A stretch of 58,994 nucleotides of DNA, filler included, from Jimgerdemannia flammicorona (Eukaryota): assembly GCA_003990765.1 (NCBI GenBank). It is 2 parts of 2 records of this genome, joined end to end, with 100 filler letters (N's around TTAATTAATTAA, not from the genome) between each part and the next. Parts side by side here need not be neighbours in the genome. Positions count along the whole stretch, not along the records: positions 29,567 to 58,994 come from RBNJ01000499.1; 1 more part is not named here. One strand, 5' to 3'. Under the pieces are notes generated by a model. That model searched no databases and was not told where the DNA came from. It saw only the letters and a program-made list of their open reading frames with translations. A program made the translations under genes and the position numbers. The number at the start of each line of letters is the position of its first letter. Positions within the stretch are counted from its first letter, which is position 1. This document shows, piece after piece, positions 37,134 through 51,205 of this stretch.

Positions 37134-38585
37134 TTTTTTTTTTTTTATAGTTACTTAGACTCTATCATTTATTACCAGTCTATTAATAAGTTTACAGTAT
37201 TTCCTCCCACTACCCGATCCCCATAGGGGAGCCTCTCCCTACTCTCTTCTGAATAAAGACCACCTTCTCTCCCACTACTCCAACCCTTCTCCCACTCTGC
37301 CTATAGATTTTCTCCACCAATTGATATCTCTGACCACCCTGCAACCCCCAACCAATCCACCAGCCTGTCAAGGTATCTTCCATAAGGCTATGCCACTACA
37401 GCAGCTGGACCCCCAAGCTCAGTCTCCTCCCATCCTCAAAAACAAATAGCCAGTGGCTGGCCAACCCCACCCAAATAGCCAAAGCCCAGCCTATGTGAGC
37501 CATTCCTTTCCCACCCTTCCCACCAGTCTATCTCTCAAATCCTCCCACCACCCCCGCATGTCAACTCCCCTGTACCCTACTACCAAATAGTCCCCAACAG
37601 TCTGCCAAAAGTCACTAAGTACCTCACACTCTCTTAGTCAATGTTCTGGCATCTGTACATATCCCCCTTTCTGCTCTACATTATGGCACTCTTCATAGTC
37701 AAAACAACCTCCCATGATAAGGTGACCTGAGCAGTAGTTGAGTATTATATTCCTCCTCAGCATGTGCCACCAAGTCACCCAGTACTTCAGCAGCATCCAT
37801 CTTCTCACCTCAGCACTCCAGGTCCAAATGTCACACCAGTCCCACTCTTCACCGATTCCTACTCCTTGCCAACCACTGGGCCACAGATCCTGGTCTAGTC
37901 CCCTTTGGCATTCAATCCTATCACTAATGTCAAACTCGAGCAAGGGAATGCCACCCAGTAATACCTAGTCCCATCTCCACATCACCAGATCCCAAGCCAC
38001 CTCTCCTTTATTTCCTTGCTAATGAATTCTAATATAGTGTGCCCCCTCTACTACCCCCTACCAGAAGCCTTTATATTGCAATTGTTCAGTGTTCCAAAGG
38101 TCAACCAAAGATAGGAGATCTCCAGTCAAGCCCCTTGGTGAGGACCTCATCTCCCAGACCTTCTGCAATAGGAGAACCCAATCTCCCCCTCTTAACTCCA
38201 TAGCTCTCTTCAGCCACTATACTCTCAAGCAGTGTAGCCTTTTTGGAAAGTCAACCAGCCCAAGTCCACCACTTGCCACTGATAAGGACAAGTCCTCCCA
38301 GCTGATCTGACTCCTTCTTCTAGCCCAGATCCACCTCTTGGCCAGCTTCATCAATCTCTTCACCACCCAGACTGGGAAGTCCAGATGATAAGTCAGATAC
38401 CATAACTTCAGCAGCCAGTAGATATTCAAAATCAAGACCTGCCCTGCCAGAGACAATTGGTGACCCCCCCAACTCCACAGGGCCTCTCCCCAGATTCCAA
38501 CCCACTGCTCCCACCAAAGCCTGAGTAGAACTGACCCATACACTGACAGATAGATACCCAAGTACTGCACTGCTTCACCAGCAGG
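37134..38585 (-). mobile_element. 5'-truncated LINE, ORF2 3' part plus tail
   Basis: PolyT at ~37134-37147 next to the family 3' end, and QYLGIYLSVYGS...LSLAGQVLILNIYWLLKLWYL. No TSD was found. Confidence 0.9.
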
Positions 38586-38923
38586 AATTCGAGCGGAGTG
38601 ATAGTTGAATGTACGACGATTGTGAATGCCACGCGTGTAGGCCCATGATCCAATGTTCTGGGTCCTCAGTCAAACTGACCATTAGGCAAGCCTAGCGGGA
38701 CCTGTTATCGCCTTTGTGTTTGAATACTGAGATTGTATTTGTGAACCATTCTCTCATATGGCACGATGATATGAAATCCGCCAACACCTTCCCCTAAAAT
38801 GCGCTCGAACAACCAGATGATTGGGAGGTATGGTTCACACCAAATCATAACTCTGCTGTAATTGTCATGGGGGTAAATTTTGTTCGTTACCTAACTATGG
38901 AAGATCTCGCACGCGAGATCATG

Positions 38924-39236
38924 TGTTAACGTATAAGTATTCTAACTATTCGCATTACCTTTTACGCCAGTTTCTAGCGCCGTTTCGGGCGCTACTACTT
39001 CATATATGCATTACACCCGCATACACATCCTCCGCTTCATACATACTTAGCCATACGCTCGCTCACCTATCGCTCTACGCTTGCTCGCCTATCGCTCTAC
39101 GCTACATCCATTACGACTCCTACTTTACATAACATTGTATCCCTTATTTCTTTTCCCACCCGCCTCTCCTCTTTCTCTCGAGACCGCTCTCCTTCTTTAC
39201 TGTTAGTTCGGTTCCTGCGCATCTTTTAGCGCAACA
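38924..39236. mobile_element. Possible small solo LTR
   Basis: TGTT...AACA termini, an imperfect 4-bp flank CATG/CATA, and an internal direct repeat CCTATCGCTCTACGCT. Confidence 0.35.
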
Positions 39237-39333
39237 CATATTTTGCTCTCCCCCAACACACATACAACTTTAATTATCATCCAAATGAGTGGGCAGTGTG
39301 GGCCGTAAGCATAGTACCGTAGGGATTCATGCA

Positions 39334-39367
<34 letters not shown>

Positions 39368-39394
39368 AACCCTCCTTCCTTGACAACTCTCTTG

Positions 39395-40830
39395 ATGCCT
39401 TCTCCGCCGGAAGAATTCACGTTGTTTCAAGGCACATCGTCTCAAGGCACATCGTCCCAAGACACGTCGTTCCATGGCACATCGCCCCAAGGTTCCTCTG
39501 AAGGTGCTAATTTCACAGCTTACTCTTTCTCTGCAAAAGATGGCACGATTCCACAGGGATTCAAAGTGGCTGGTCATCGCGGCAACACGATACATACTAT
39601 CCAGTGGTGGTGAAAGTGAAATGGATAGGTTAAATTTCCAACATTACGTCTTCAGATATTTAACACATGAGTAAGTTTGGAACGAGCGTAGCGTATGCGT
39701 TTAATGGTGATGAAGTAGGGCTATTAAAATTTCCGAAAAATACCCATTACAGCAATTTCAATTTTCCAATTGAAAAAGGGTGATTATGCAAATCTTTACC
39801 GTCGCCATCTTTTGAAAACATCCAATTAAATGTTTGCTTGCATTTATATAGATGTGGATTAGGCATATGGATCTTGGTAAATACTAGTTTGCTGTTACTG
39901 ATATTGACGATAGGCCTACGTATTTCACAATTAATCAACTCAATTCTCAAACTCACACTATTTAGGAAAAAGTAAATATTAATAGAAATCCCGCGATGGT
40001 TTTGTGTATGACATAATCTAAGAATTTCAATCTTCACGTTGAACTACGCAAATTCTTCCTTTATAGGCTACGACATCGTAGAGGTCTTTCCCAAAACCAA
40101 CGTGCCGTCAAATCGTAACTTCGTGCAAGCCGACACCAGAAAAACCTTGCCATTCCCAGACAACACATTCGATTTCGTTTTCCAGAGGTATGTTTTCATG
40201 AGTCAGAATGACAGATAGTTCTGTACTTATCTCCGGCTTAGAGTGGCCAGGAGGGGCCGAGATTCGCAAAATCCTCCATAAAATACAGCCAAAATCCGAA
40301 CCGCTCATCCCTTCATCGTTGATGTCATACTTGTATGCACAGATTAATGGTTTTCGCATTTTCGCTCGATGATTGGCAGGGTGCTGTCCAATAGCTTATT
40401 CGTGCGACAAAGCCTGGAGGATGCGTTGAGCTTGTGGAAGCACAAATCGAACTGTGGAATTTAGGGCCCAACTACAACCGCTGGCACGAAGCAGGTACAT
40501 ACTTCATGTGATACGTATTCATTCGGTATATAGAGCGACGTACTTACCGTACAATATTCTCAACGAAATTTCTATTCTGTTCTGCAGCAGTGCAAGCCCT
40601 GTGGGCTCAGGGCGTTGATCTCAGCGTCACTAAGCGATGGCGGGGTAGGATCGGTGCATTGACCAAAGAAGCGCACATCTTGCCTCAAGGAGGGCGTCGC
40701 TCTATCGCTTGGGCTTAACGACGGAGAGTATATTGAACTCTTACATAAGATGGATGCTGAATAGACCTCCGAAAGATCGTGGCCGAAGACGTACTTTGCA
40801 TACGGGTTCAAGCCAGAGCACTGATTGCTG
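39395..40830 (+). pseudogene. Class I SAM-dependent methyltransferase pseudogene (LaeA-like fungal family)
   Basis: Contains EMDRLNFQHYVFR, LPFPDNTFDFVFQR and LMVFAFSLDDWQGAVQ*LIRATKPGG. It has an in-frame stop and frameshifts, and no visible motif-I exon. Confidence 0.75.
39428..39492 (+). repeat. 15-bp tandem repeat (~4 copies) encoding QGTSS-like units
   Basis: Tandem variants of CAAGGCACATCGTCT. Confidence 0.85.
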
Positions 40831-41861
40831 CTTCCAAATGAGGCGACCTCAGATATTGCCTGCTATACGCGTATTTATGTGTTATGTAAATATGCTTAAT
40901 CGTCAACAAATAAGCAGAACATTAAGTACATGATTCCGTTAAGCACGTTGTAATTGTTGTGATGGGATGCCTTCGTATTCGCATTCCGTGCGATGCGGTA
41001 CGTTGAGATAAAACAAGCGGGACAGCGGTAAACAGCACTCAATAAACTGTATATGGATAGTATCGTGCACATTTATTCATCAGCACTCGGCATGTCGATT
41101 CCCGACGTCTAACTCAAACCTCTAAATTGGCCAAATCACGATACCAATTGCCTTGAACACAATCGTCGATTCCAAAATTTAAGGCCAGTCCTGCAAGTGC
41201 ATCACGTTCGGCTATGATCTACGCCACGAACTCCGCATGCCGCCACCACCGGGGAGACAGCCCGATATGGCGAGGTTCGTGCAACCCGCGCAAAACCAAA
41301 TCGATGGTGCTGACATTGGAGAGATCGAAGCGTCGTAATTTCGGATTGGCGGAGACTTTCAGCGGGTAGTCGTCGTGGAGGGTGGCGAGCCTGAGGATCT
41401 TAAACATGGCGTTTGTCGGCCGATTCGTTGTGCTTCGAGGACGCGATCGCCGGCCCCGTGTGCTTTGTTGTGTCGATCCGCAGCGAAGTTCTCAACACGA
41501 TCGCCATGTCACGATGTAGGAGATTGAGCTTGTAGGGTGGACAAGCCATCTACCAATTTGCCTCCTAATCAATTTTCTCGAACTGAGTTCCTCGACTGCT
41601 ATCAGAATGAGGACCACGCCGTCGGCGATACGAATTCCAGTCTACTTCAAGAAATAGGGAAATAGGGTATATAGCATGGTTTATAAGCCAGTATCGTAAA
41701 GCTGGAACTGTAAAACAACATTGAACTTTCATATACAAATTAGTATATTTGCCGAAAGCATAAGTGAAATAGTGCATCAACTTGCCAACCCGGATCTAAA
41801 CAATCATTTACATCTATAATGAATTTTGATAAACACAGCATAAGTCGACCAGCATCACTCT

Positions 41862-42358
41862 TCACGCCCGCTTCTTTTGCCCGAAGGCGTAAGGCAAACT
41901 ACCCAAACTTTTGTACTCCTTGCACTCCTGGGCCATCTTTGAAACCATGTCTTCGAACTCCTTATCCGTTATGTTTAGTATCGGCATCACGCCTGCGCGC
42001 GTTGCTTTCACGAAACCGAGGAGATTTTGCAGAGCCATGTCGCCCCATTTATCCTGCCACCCTGTTGGACATGAAACGCAATCAACCTCAACGTTATCAA
42101 GGGAGCTGAAAAGCGAACCGAGATTACGGACGACCCGAACGTCGACTCCGCGAGATTTGGATATAGCCTCCGCTGTGTGGGTTTGATGAGTGATGGGCAA
42201 ACAATCATCAATCTCATTCTAACGTCGGTTTACTATTTACGAACAGCAGTGGCCTACGTACCAGCCTCCAAGAACCTTTTCATTAGTGGTCCTGATCGCT
42301 CGATTATAATGTCGCCCTCGGCTTTGTAGGTGTCATTAAGGATAAATCCATGAGAATC

Positions 42359-42416
<58 letters not shown>

Positions 42417-43523
42417 TGTGGCTTACTAATTTGAATCCACCCCCCTGGCTTTGTCACACGTATCATCTCTTTCATAGCCGTTGCCCAATCGCTCGGCGAA
42501 AAATCGAAAACCATTAACCTAGACGATGTTAATTTCGATTCCATCAAAAGTGAGAACTTTGTGCCTAACAAATTTGTGACGCAGATTACAGCAATACTGA
42601 CCGCTGGTGAACAAAATCGAATGTATTATCTTCAAAAGGTAGGCCTTTCACGGTATTGGCCAACATAAACTTGCAATTCTGCGGCGGCGTTCCATGCTTA
42701 AGGAAAAGATCCACTATGTCTGTACCAACGAATTCTGAGTTGGGGTAGTCACTAGCCATGTCCTGTATCATGTTCAATTAAATAGATCAATGAATTATCA
42801 TTTCGTATGCTCCACGAGGCGGGAAAGGAGAGCGCAAAATGACTCGGATCGGTACTAATACTCACCATCAGCCATCCCCCACCTCCACAACTAAAAGAGT
42901 TTATGAAACACAATACATGAGTCATGGCACGATGAATCACGAGGGAATGATATTGAGATTGCCTTACCCGACGTCCAAGACCTTGATGCCTCTGGCAAGG
43001 TCGTCATCCACTGGGGCGACAAAATTGCTAAATGGAAATGATAATCATTTGCTGTGAGTGAGAAATTCTTTCCAAGGCTACTCAAATGAAAGCCCACCAC
43101 TCTGACATACCCGTGAAAATTGTATCTGTAAAGGTTGGATGGAAAAAGTGAGAACGAATACCACAGATTTATTAGCGTGTACCGGGAGCTAACATGCGTC
43201 TCCAAAGACCAACTTGGATAGAATCACATACCTGTAATAAAGATGCATGGACTCCAACCTCTCATCTCGCACGCCGTCGCTCGGTATAAAGGATCTGCCA
43301 TTCTTCTTTACGCGATGGCTCTTACTTGCATTAGGGCTTGAAAGCAGCCGAAAAACACGGAACAAACGTCGACCAGGTACGGATTTGGAGCCGTCTAGAT
43401 AGGGATCGGAATACGTGAGAAGGCTATATCCAGGAACCGCGCTTGCCAGATTGTCGAAAACGAAGGTCATGATTTACCATCCGAGCTGTTGCTGTCCTCT
43501 TCGATGAATTTCTTACGCGGCAT
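41862..43523 (-). CDS. Class I SAM-dependent methyltransferase (LaeA-like fungal family), multi-exon
   Basis: GT-AG exons give MPRKKF.., ERLESMH, KVLDVG/CGGGGW, DMASDYPNSEFVGTDI, LPFEDNTFDFVHQR, EMIRVTKPGGWIQ and YAFGQK. Confidence 0.85.
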
Positions 43524-45275
43524 GACGTTTGATGGAATTCGGCAGCCGTTGTGTTGGGTTGTTATGGGGATGTGGAATCAAGAGTGAAATGGAAAATGGA
43601 TTTCAAACAAATTAAAGAAACCGTGGCGCCTGAATTTGTGCGACTGGAAATCTGCATGGAACAATGATCGGTGGTGCGTGACGCCGTCATAGCTGGAAAG
43701 AGTAAAACGGAATCGGATGTTTACTCACAATCCTTAATTTTTGTCAATTATCCATGTGTTAATGCAATTGCCGCGAGATTTGGAAATATGAGGACGTTCC
43801 ATATTGTGGAGCAAACATTCCATTATGTCATCAGCGGCTAGAGCGTGCGTAACATGTCGATCTTGACCAACTAGGCCTAGAAGCGTCTAGGCGGTCTTAT
43901 ATACATCGTGGGATACAGACCTACAGCTTTACATAGTGATTGAAGCTGACAGTGCAATATCCAGCTACAAAGCCATGAATTGTGCCGGCCAAGAACCGGT
44001 CACCACCATACTGCAGGGTCCCGGACAGATGTTTCACACGATGCTAGTTGGTCGCTTTTGAAATTGGCTCTATTTCCATCCAGAACCATGTGAAATGAGC
44101 TCAGTCAGGACCGGCGTGATCACCATAATTCAGTTCTGAACGTCCTGTCAAAATGACAGAATGGCTTGCTAAAGAGAGCCTCAAACGAACGTTCTTCAAT
44201 TTTATAGGAGGATAGTAAGGCATGACGATTGGCCCCATCTTGGCCTGTTGCCATCGTCACCTGAGAAAGTATTAATGAAACCTTCTTAAGGAAGAAGTGC
44301 GCTTTCCGCTTTTTATTGTGTTTGAAACCAAAAATAACTGGAGTATGCATGCATCCGAGACCTGCAATTCAAAAAAGGCAAACAATATTAGCCAAGCCGA
44401 AAAGGTCTTCATGTGCAGGCGCACGATATGCATACATGGAGCTTTACCCAAAACTAACCGTATGTCAATTGTGCGTGACGTTGACAATATGCGAATGACT
44501 CATAAGTAAGGAAGGCACCGCGAATGGTACTTGTGGCCAGCAATTGATAACGTGAATGAAAGAACGTGTGCTGTCCAACATCCTCGGCTATCGCTTTAGT
44601 TCATCACCACTGGTGCCGGAAATTCGCTACTAGCCGCGCATTTACTCCCACCGCCCCGCCCCGCCCGTTCTTGATTCTTCGCCAGGTAATTATATGGACT
44701 GCTGATATTGTCGAGTCCAGGCAAAAGGGTGTCGTCTAGCGAGTTGTACATTTGTACAAGATTGGAGACGACTAATGGTGTCGGGTGCGGTGGCAGTTCT
44801 AGATTTCGTAAATTGATGTAGCAAGACGTAATAAAAAACAAAAGGGGGGGGCTCTGTGACGATAATCAGGATCGATATGGTCTAAGGAAGACAAGAAAGG
44901 AGGTGGTATATACATGTTTGTGTGAACAGGTCAAGTATTAAATTTTCGTTCCGTGCAAAGCGATTTCGTAAGGCCCGTTATTTGGCTCAAGGACAAATTT
45001 CAGTGCGGGACGACCGAAAGTGATTGTCGCGACCAGCCAAAGTACAGAAGGCAGAGGGCGAAAGCTGATGATCCCACAGAAATCAAACCTAGGAGGAATG
45101 GGGTATTTGTGCGCTGACAAACGCCGTAGTAGCGGATTATCCAAGCAAATGACGCCTTGCCTCGAATTTCCACCGCTGCGCAGCTTCGGGAGTCCGAGCT
45201 GTGCAGACTCGGCTGCGAGTTCGAGTCGCCATGGAACATCTGATGAGCCATGTTTTTGAGGTAACAAACAAGACC

Positions 45276-45560
45276 TGTTATCAGAATTTTTGGCATGCTC
45301 CCAAAAACACCTTCCTTGTGAGTTTTCGGGCTTTGCTAGATGAAATTGTTCTTAGACCAGTTGATCATGTTCAGTGGCTAGTAATAGCCAATACAGTCTT
45401 ATCTGAGTCTATCTATTCAGCAAGACCAAGTCTCTTGATATACAAAATTATCTTGATCACATATAAAAGAGTGGGGTTTAACTATTAGACTAGATATTAC
45501 TGCCAAAGAAAGTAGAAAAATTAGACATACATCTAAATTAAATTTCTAATATTTATTACA
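45276..45560 (+). mobile_element. Possible small solo LTR
   Basis: A CpG-poor island bounded by TGTTA...TTACA, with an internal TATAAAA and flanks AGACC/AGCCC (4 of 5 match). Confidence 0.35.
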
Positions 45561-45830
45561 AGCCCGAATCGAATTAATCCGCGTTAACGATTCGATTGAT
45601 GGCCTTGAATTATTGATCAGGGCCATGCGGCTTAATTAATTCAATTGATTCAGGTTAATAATCGCGTGGCGTTGGTCATGTGACTAGATTCGAGTTGGAC
45701 TATTCGGATGACAAAATGATATGCCAAATCATAAACACAATTCACGGGTTTCGCGTATCGTTTGTATCTCAAAAAAAAAAAACGCTCTTAATTACGTTGA
45801 TTACAAATGCAAGGAGAAACCACAAAAGAA

Positions 45831-48800
45831 CTAAATACACATCTCAAAGGGAGCCCCCTTCACCCCATGCTTCTTTTCATCCAAGCTGCTCCTACTATTC
45901 TGCGAAAACCACCTACGCCTGCTACCATCATCGGTCGGGCCACTCATGTTTAAGGTACGACTGCTTGAAAATGTCGATGTCCACTGGAGCGCTGACGTGA
46001 TGTCATTCGTGCTCCTACTCCTAAAATGCGACGACCAGCGAACCCAAAGGCCTCTGTCTTCCACATTAGATTCTTCGCCCTGCTCAATATCCCCACCCTG
46101 CTTCTCCTTGTCTGATCTTCCAGTTCGGCGCAGACGACCAACAGTTTCAACAATGACAAGGACGAGGGATAATGACGAGACGATGGCAAGGAGACTGAGA
46201 GAGTTCAGTTTGGCGAGAGGAAGGACGGCGAAGATGGCGGCGGTGACGTATCGAAAACTGATGCGCCATCTCTGAAAGTATTGGTCGAAATTGAGAGTTT
46301 GTCAGATGCTTGAAACATTAAATCGATCGGTGTAACCGGGCTTCTTGATTATAATGAAAACGAAGTACTCCCGGTACAATATTGTTAACTGTGGGCCAAT
46401 AAATCAACTTATCCGAGAACATCTACGTACCTTGTGTATCTTCATCAAATCTACTGCATCCATACTTTGGTGACTCAAACCAATCGTCGCCAAACAGCAG
46501 ATTGCCATTGAGAGCGACCCGCAGAATAACCAGTCAATCCCTGGAGGGATCTCTGTAAGTCGCTCGGCTCCATGTAGTCCCACAGGTATATTTTCCGATC
46601 CGGGAAAGTCCATGACCTGGACCAAAACTCCTAACGTGCTGCCCATGATGATGATTGCGGCGCAGAGTGGCAAATGCAAGAAGACAAACAAGAGGCCCGT
46701 AAAAATGTGACGACGGAGGGCGTGCTTGTATTGTCGTGACGCGTCAACGTCGAAATAGATCCAGTGCAGATTGTAGGCGAGGAGAAGACCCAAGACACCC
46801 TTTGCCGCTTGGGTATTGATATTGGAGCTCCAAGTGGAGTAGAGCAGAGCAATGACGCTTTCACCGAGGGTGATGATGACAAACAAACCTAAACGATCGG
46901 CCATGTGCTCGATGTTGACGGCTGCGCGGTAGAGCGGCTTTTGAATACAGAATATTTTGTCGTGCGGCCAATACTTCATAGCGGCTGGGTAGGCTGTGTT
47001 CCATAACCAATCTGCGTAAGTAGGGTATAATAAAATATTATGAGCTATTGTGAGTATAATGGATGGTATCTTTTGCACAATCGGTAATCAAGGTGACGCA
47101 CACTATCAGCAACAATCATGGTACGAATTTCCCATATCAACATGACTAACATTTACCAACTTACCAACAATAATGGCATACCAGATCACATTGGCTTGCT
47201 CCCTACTAGCAATTGGCATGCCAAGCGAGACAGCCCACAAAATGCAGCTGAACACATTGCCAAATATGTTGTAGAGCAAATATATGCGGAATTTTGGCAT
47301 GAAAAAGCAGAATATGAAATATACAAAGGCGATGGTAAGGCGTGCCAACAGATAACATCCTATATATATTGTGTAAAGAGAAAAAGAAAGGGAAGGGGGG
47401 GGGGGGTAATTCCTATTAGTACATAGGAAATTGAAGAAACACCAAACTAGATGAAAAAACTTTGGTAAATCTTACACGTACCAACAAATTGATTGAAGGT
47501 GGACACCACGACACCCTGTCATAAGAAAATATAAGGTGTCATGAATGCGTTCCACGAGATCCAATATGGGGGTGACGTTACGGCTTTATGCGCATCTCTT
47601 ACCTCATCGTTCACGTAGCCGGTGGAATGTACCTGTATGAATGAAACAGCGCGAGGAAATTGCATGTCCATATGAAGCTGGGCCTAAAATTTCATGGTTG
47701 TGTATGAAGCATACTATTCACTCATCTAGTTGACATCAATACATACCGCACTGATTGTCATCCCGATAACACACACCATTTCCTAGAGTGCATACAGAAT
47801 CGAGAATGTATGGGAAATAAATATATCTAGACAACCATCAAGCACCCTTTTCTCAATGTGAAGCGAGCTTTCCCTTACCCATAATATAAAGAATTTCTGA
47901 ACTAAATCTTCAGATGCCCAGACGTTGAGGTAAAAGTGGACGTCGTTCCTATGATTTATTCAACGAAAAGGTGAATATGATGGATCCCCAAGAGTTCAAA
48001 CGGATTCAAATATAACATCGCATCGATTATCAAATATTTATTGATCTTACCAAACTTTATAAAGTGGAATGAACGTCAGCACAAACTGTTCGAGATGAAA
48101 ACCATCGGGCTTGTGCACGAGCTCATGACCCATGAGCCCAATGGCACCCACAAAGATCAGGTCCCAAAAGAGCTCTGTATACGAAGTCCTGCGCTCCTCA
48201 GCTCCGCGGTGGAGAGTATCGCCTAGAGAGAATAAGATCAACCATCGATGAGTTTGAGCCAGGAAAATACAGTGGCTGTGTTCGGTATGGTATGCCATAC
48301 CTTTGAAATATTGTCTTGTCTTGGGTCTACGGATGAGTCTATCGTATTGGTGCTCGTCTTCATCGGCTGTTGATAACAGTGACGTGTATGTAAGTGCCGA
48401 TAGTTTGTTAAATATTTTGCGTTTGCCGGACCTCAAAAAGGCCGCAGAATTCCATGCTGACAATAACGATTGCAAAGTTTGATGAAAATAAAAACACTTA
48501 CGAATAATCTCAAGTTTTCGTATATGTCCAAAGGTGTGAATAGTAGCATGAATTGTCTTTGGGTTTATCATATAAATAAACCTAGTAAGCAATGTAATCT
48601 AATATACTTTGGAGATCGCACACCCCGATGGGCGCTATTTTTTTTTTTTTTTTTTTTTTTTTTTCATTGTGTACACAAAAATTGAGACCGCAATTTTTAC
48701 CTGCTCGGATGAATCGGTGCCATCTGCGGAATCAAGCTGTTGCAATTCACCTTAAGGGTAACACACGCGTTGCATGCAGTCAGAAAATGACGATAAACGG

Positions 48801-49397
48801 ACGCATCTATATTTTACACGAAATAGCCATTCGCAGGTTTCTTATCGCTCGCCATGTCAATGCAATATACTCACTGACTAAAGTGTCCAATTGCTGTCCA
48901 ACATTCTCGCATCGTTTCAATGCTGCTTCCTTTTCAGCCTCGGCTTCCTGGGCTTTGTTGGCAAGTTCTTTTACTTTTGATTTCAGGGCCAAGACCTGTG
49001 CATATGTAATTGCATCAATAGTGAACATGTCGGTGATTAGACGGAACTATGTACGTTTTTTTTTTTTTTTAATTCGACAACGGGGAAACTCGAACATACG
49101 TACATGGTCCCTTGACCCCAACACACAGTATTTCGTCTTTACATCCTTCTCGTTCAAGACTTCGTCTTCACTATCAACAACAACAATTTTCTGGCCAGTT
49201 TTGAGGTGGAAGTGCTTCGAAAAGTTCACGCACGCAGCACGCTTCTCCTTCACTTCTTGGGTGTCACTTTCTAGAATGGGTTCGGGGCATTCAGGAACAT
49301 TGTAGACTTCGGCCTCTTCTATTTCGGTGCTTGGAGTCAAAGAGTCAGCAACACCTTCTCGTTTTGGGTAGGTCTCATCCGTAGACTTATCTGCCAT
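45831..49397 (-). CDS. Low-temperature requirement A (LtrA)-family membrane protein, multi-exon
   Basis: Contains ELFWDLIFV, NIEHMADRLGLFVIITLGESV and LHWIYFD, with multiple TM segments across GT-AG exons. Confidence 0.85.
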
Positions 49398-49666
49398 TGT
49401 ACCGTGTTACAAAGAGCAGAGAGGTTATTGACGCTATTATATACACTTCCGAGTCACGTTTCAAGCCACAATTTGAGCGTAAGCAGATTGGCCACTGATA
49501 TGGTTGTCTCGACCATAATATTGTGTGCGGCAAATTTGACATTGTTGATCAACCCCTCATTAAGCACGGCCCCGAAAACTAAATACAGTATCACACCATC
49601 TATTGTTTCTCTTGCGAGTGGAATGAAGCAACAGGGTCAACACTTATCACCGGCCGCAAAATGGTA

Positions 49667-50351
49667 CTATCCCTTCTCCCTCGCGTCAGAATTCGCAAAC
49701 AGCTTAAGCATGCCTTCCCTCATCGCCTCTGGGATTCTGACGGGCTTCCGTCCCTCCCTATCCACAAACACATGCGTAAAGCCTCCTGTGACGGCCGCTT
49801 GTGACTGTCCCTCCTCGAAAATCCCGACTTGATATCGCACGCTCGAGTTCCCCAGTTTTGTGATGGCGAGCCCGGCCTCGATAACACTGGGGAAGGAGAC
49901 ACTCGAGTGAAACTGGGCGTTCGATTCGACCACGATGCCGATGGGTTCAACGAAAATGGTGCTCGGGGATGGATTGAGATTGCAGTGGCGGATTAGGTAG
50001 GTGTTGACAATGGAGTCGATGTAGAAGTAGTAGATAGAGTTATTGACGTGGCCGTATTGGTCGTTGTCGCTCCAACTAGTCGACGGCGCAGAATCAAAAG
50101 ATGCGCAACGAAGGGGAGCCCGTTAGGTCATGGTCGGATGAAATTAATCACATTACTAGACGCTAACGAGATTACCGAGTCTGTATTGGAAGGAAGAACT
50201 TGTAAAACAATCGATCACGAAGTGAGGGAGAGCTGGCGGTGGAAGCGCAACGTCGGGCTGATAGATGCACTTGAAGTGGCAATACTGCTCCACGATGGTC
50301 CAGGTGGCCTGCCAGCTGGGCGAGGCGGTGAATGGCTGAGGGTCTACTCAT
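49667..50351 (-). CDS. HotDog-fold acyl-CoA thioesterase (4HBT/YbgC-like), 2 exons
   Basis: IQTR/WSDNDQYGHVNNSIYYFYID...LGNSSVRYQVGIF...GGFTHVFVD. The start could instead be 50417. Confidence 0.88.
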
Positions 50352-50480
50352 GGGGTGGCGGGGTGGGAGATAAGAGGTTTGGTTTTGGTGTGGGTGACTG
50401 GGATATTTTGCACCCATGACATCATCGAGTCTTGTTTACAATATCGAAATGCAATCCTCCGATCTGTGTCCTCATCAATC

Positions 50481-50802
50481 ATGCGTGCTGCTTGGAAAGG
50501 TCCATTTTTCGTCACGTTCCCCGGCCTTCGCCAGGCCATCGAGAACAAAATGCCCATAGCGACACAGGGTAGGGCTCTTCTAAGATGATGGTAACCGTCC
50601 TCCCACACCAGCTTATTTTACCTCCAATTCTACAGCTCGTAGCTGCACCGTCCTTCCGTCCTTTGTCGGTCTCAAGTTCTTAGTGCACAACGGCAAAGAC
50701 TACACTCCAGTGGAGGTGACAGAAGAGATGATCGGGCACAAACTGGGTGAATTTTCGGCAACAAGAAGGAGGTTCACATACAGGTTTACGAAGGCGAAGT
50801 GA
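50481..50802 (+). CDS. RSM19: Mitochondrial ribosomal protein uS19m, 2 exons
   Basis: [10 protein letters not shown].../[38 protein letters not shown]. Confidence 0.92.
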
Positions 50803-51205
50803 AGACTTTGCGATTCGGTTTGGCACCAGTAAAGGAAGAGGCTAATTGTTGAAAGGCAACGGAATCCTTATAAAGATTGGATTTTTACAGGACCAACTTT
50901 TCAATCCCAGATTTGTCGCGGATTCTCTATTTGTATATTCATTAGAAAATCTACAACGCGAGTCCGCCTGTTCGTACTCTTCCCTCATAGAAACCTGTTG
51001 TCGTGGTGTTCCCTCCCCTGTCTATTTATCGACAACATATTCGCATACTACCGAAAGCCAAATATATAACACGATATACGTGAAGGCATTCCTATCTATC
51101 TGTTTGACACGGATTTATTTACTACCCTGCAACGAACAATGTTTTATCTCATTTTCTGCGCGAAAGATTCCCACAGTATCCCACTCCCCATTCTGATACT
51201 GAGCT

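Noticed and set aside
45831..49397. LtrA-family gene as a recent bacterial transfer
   Set aside because: It is intron-rich and the family is widespread in fungi.
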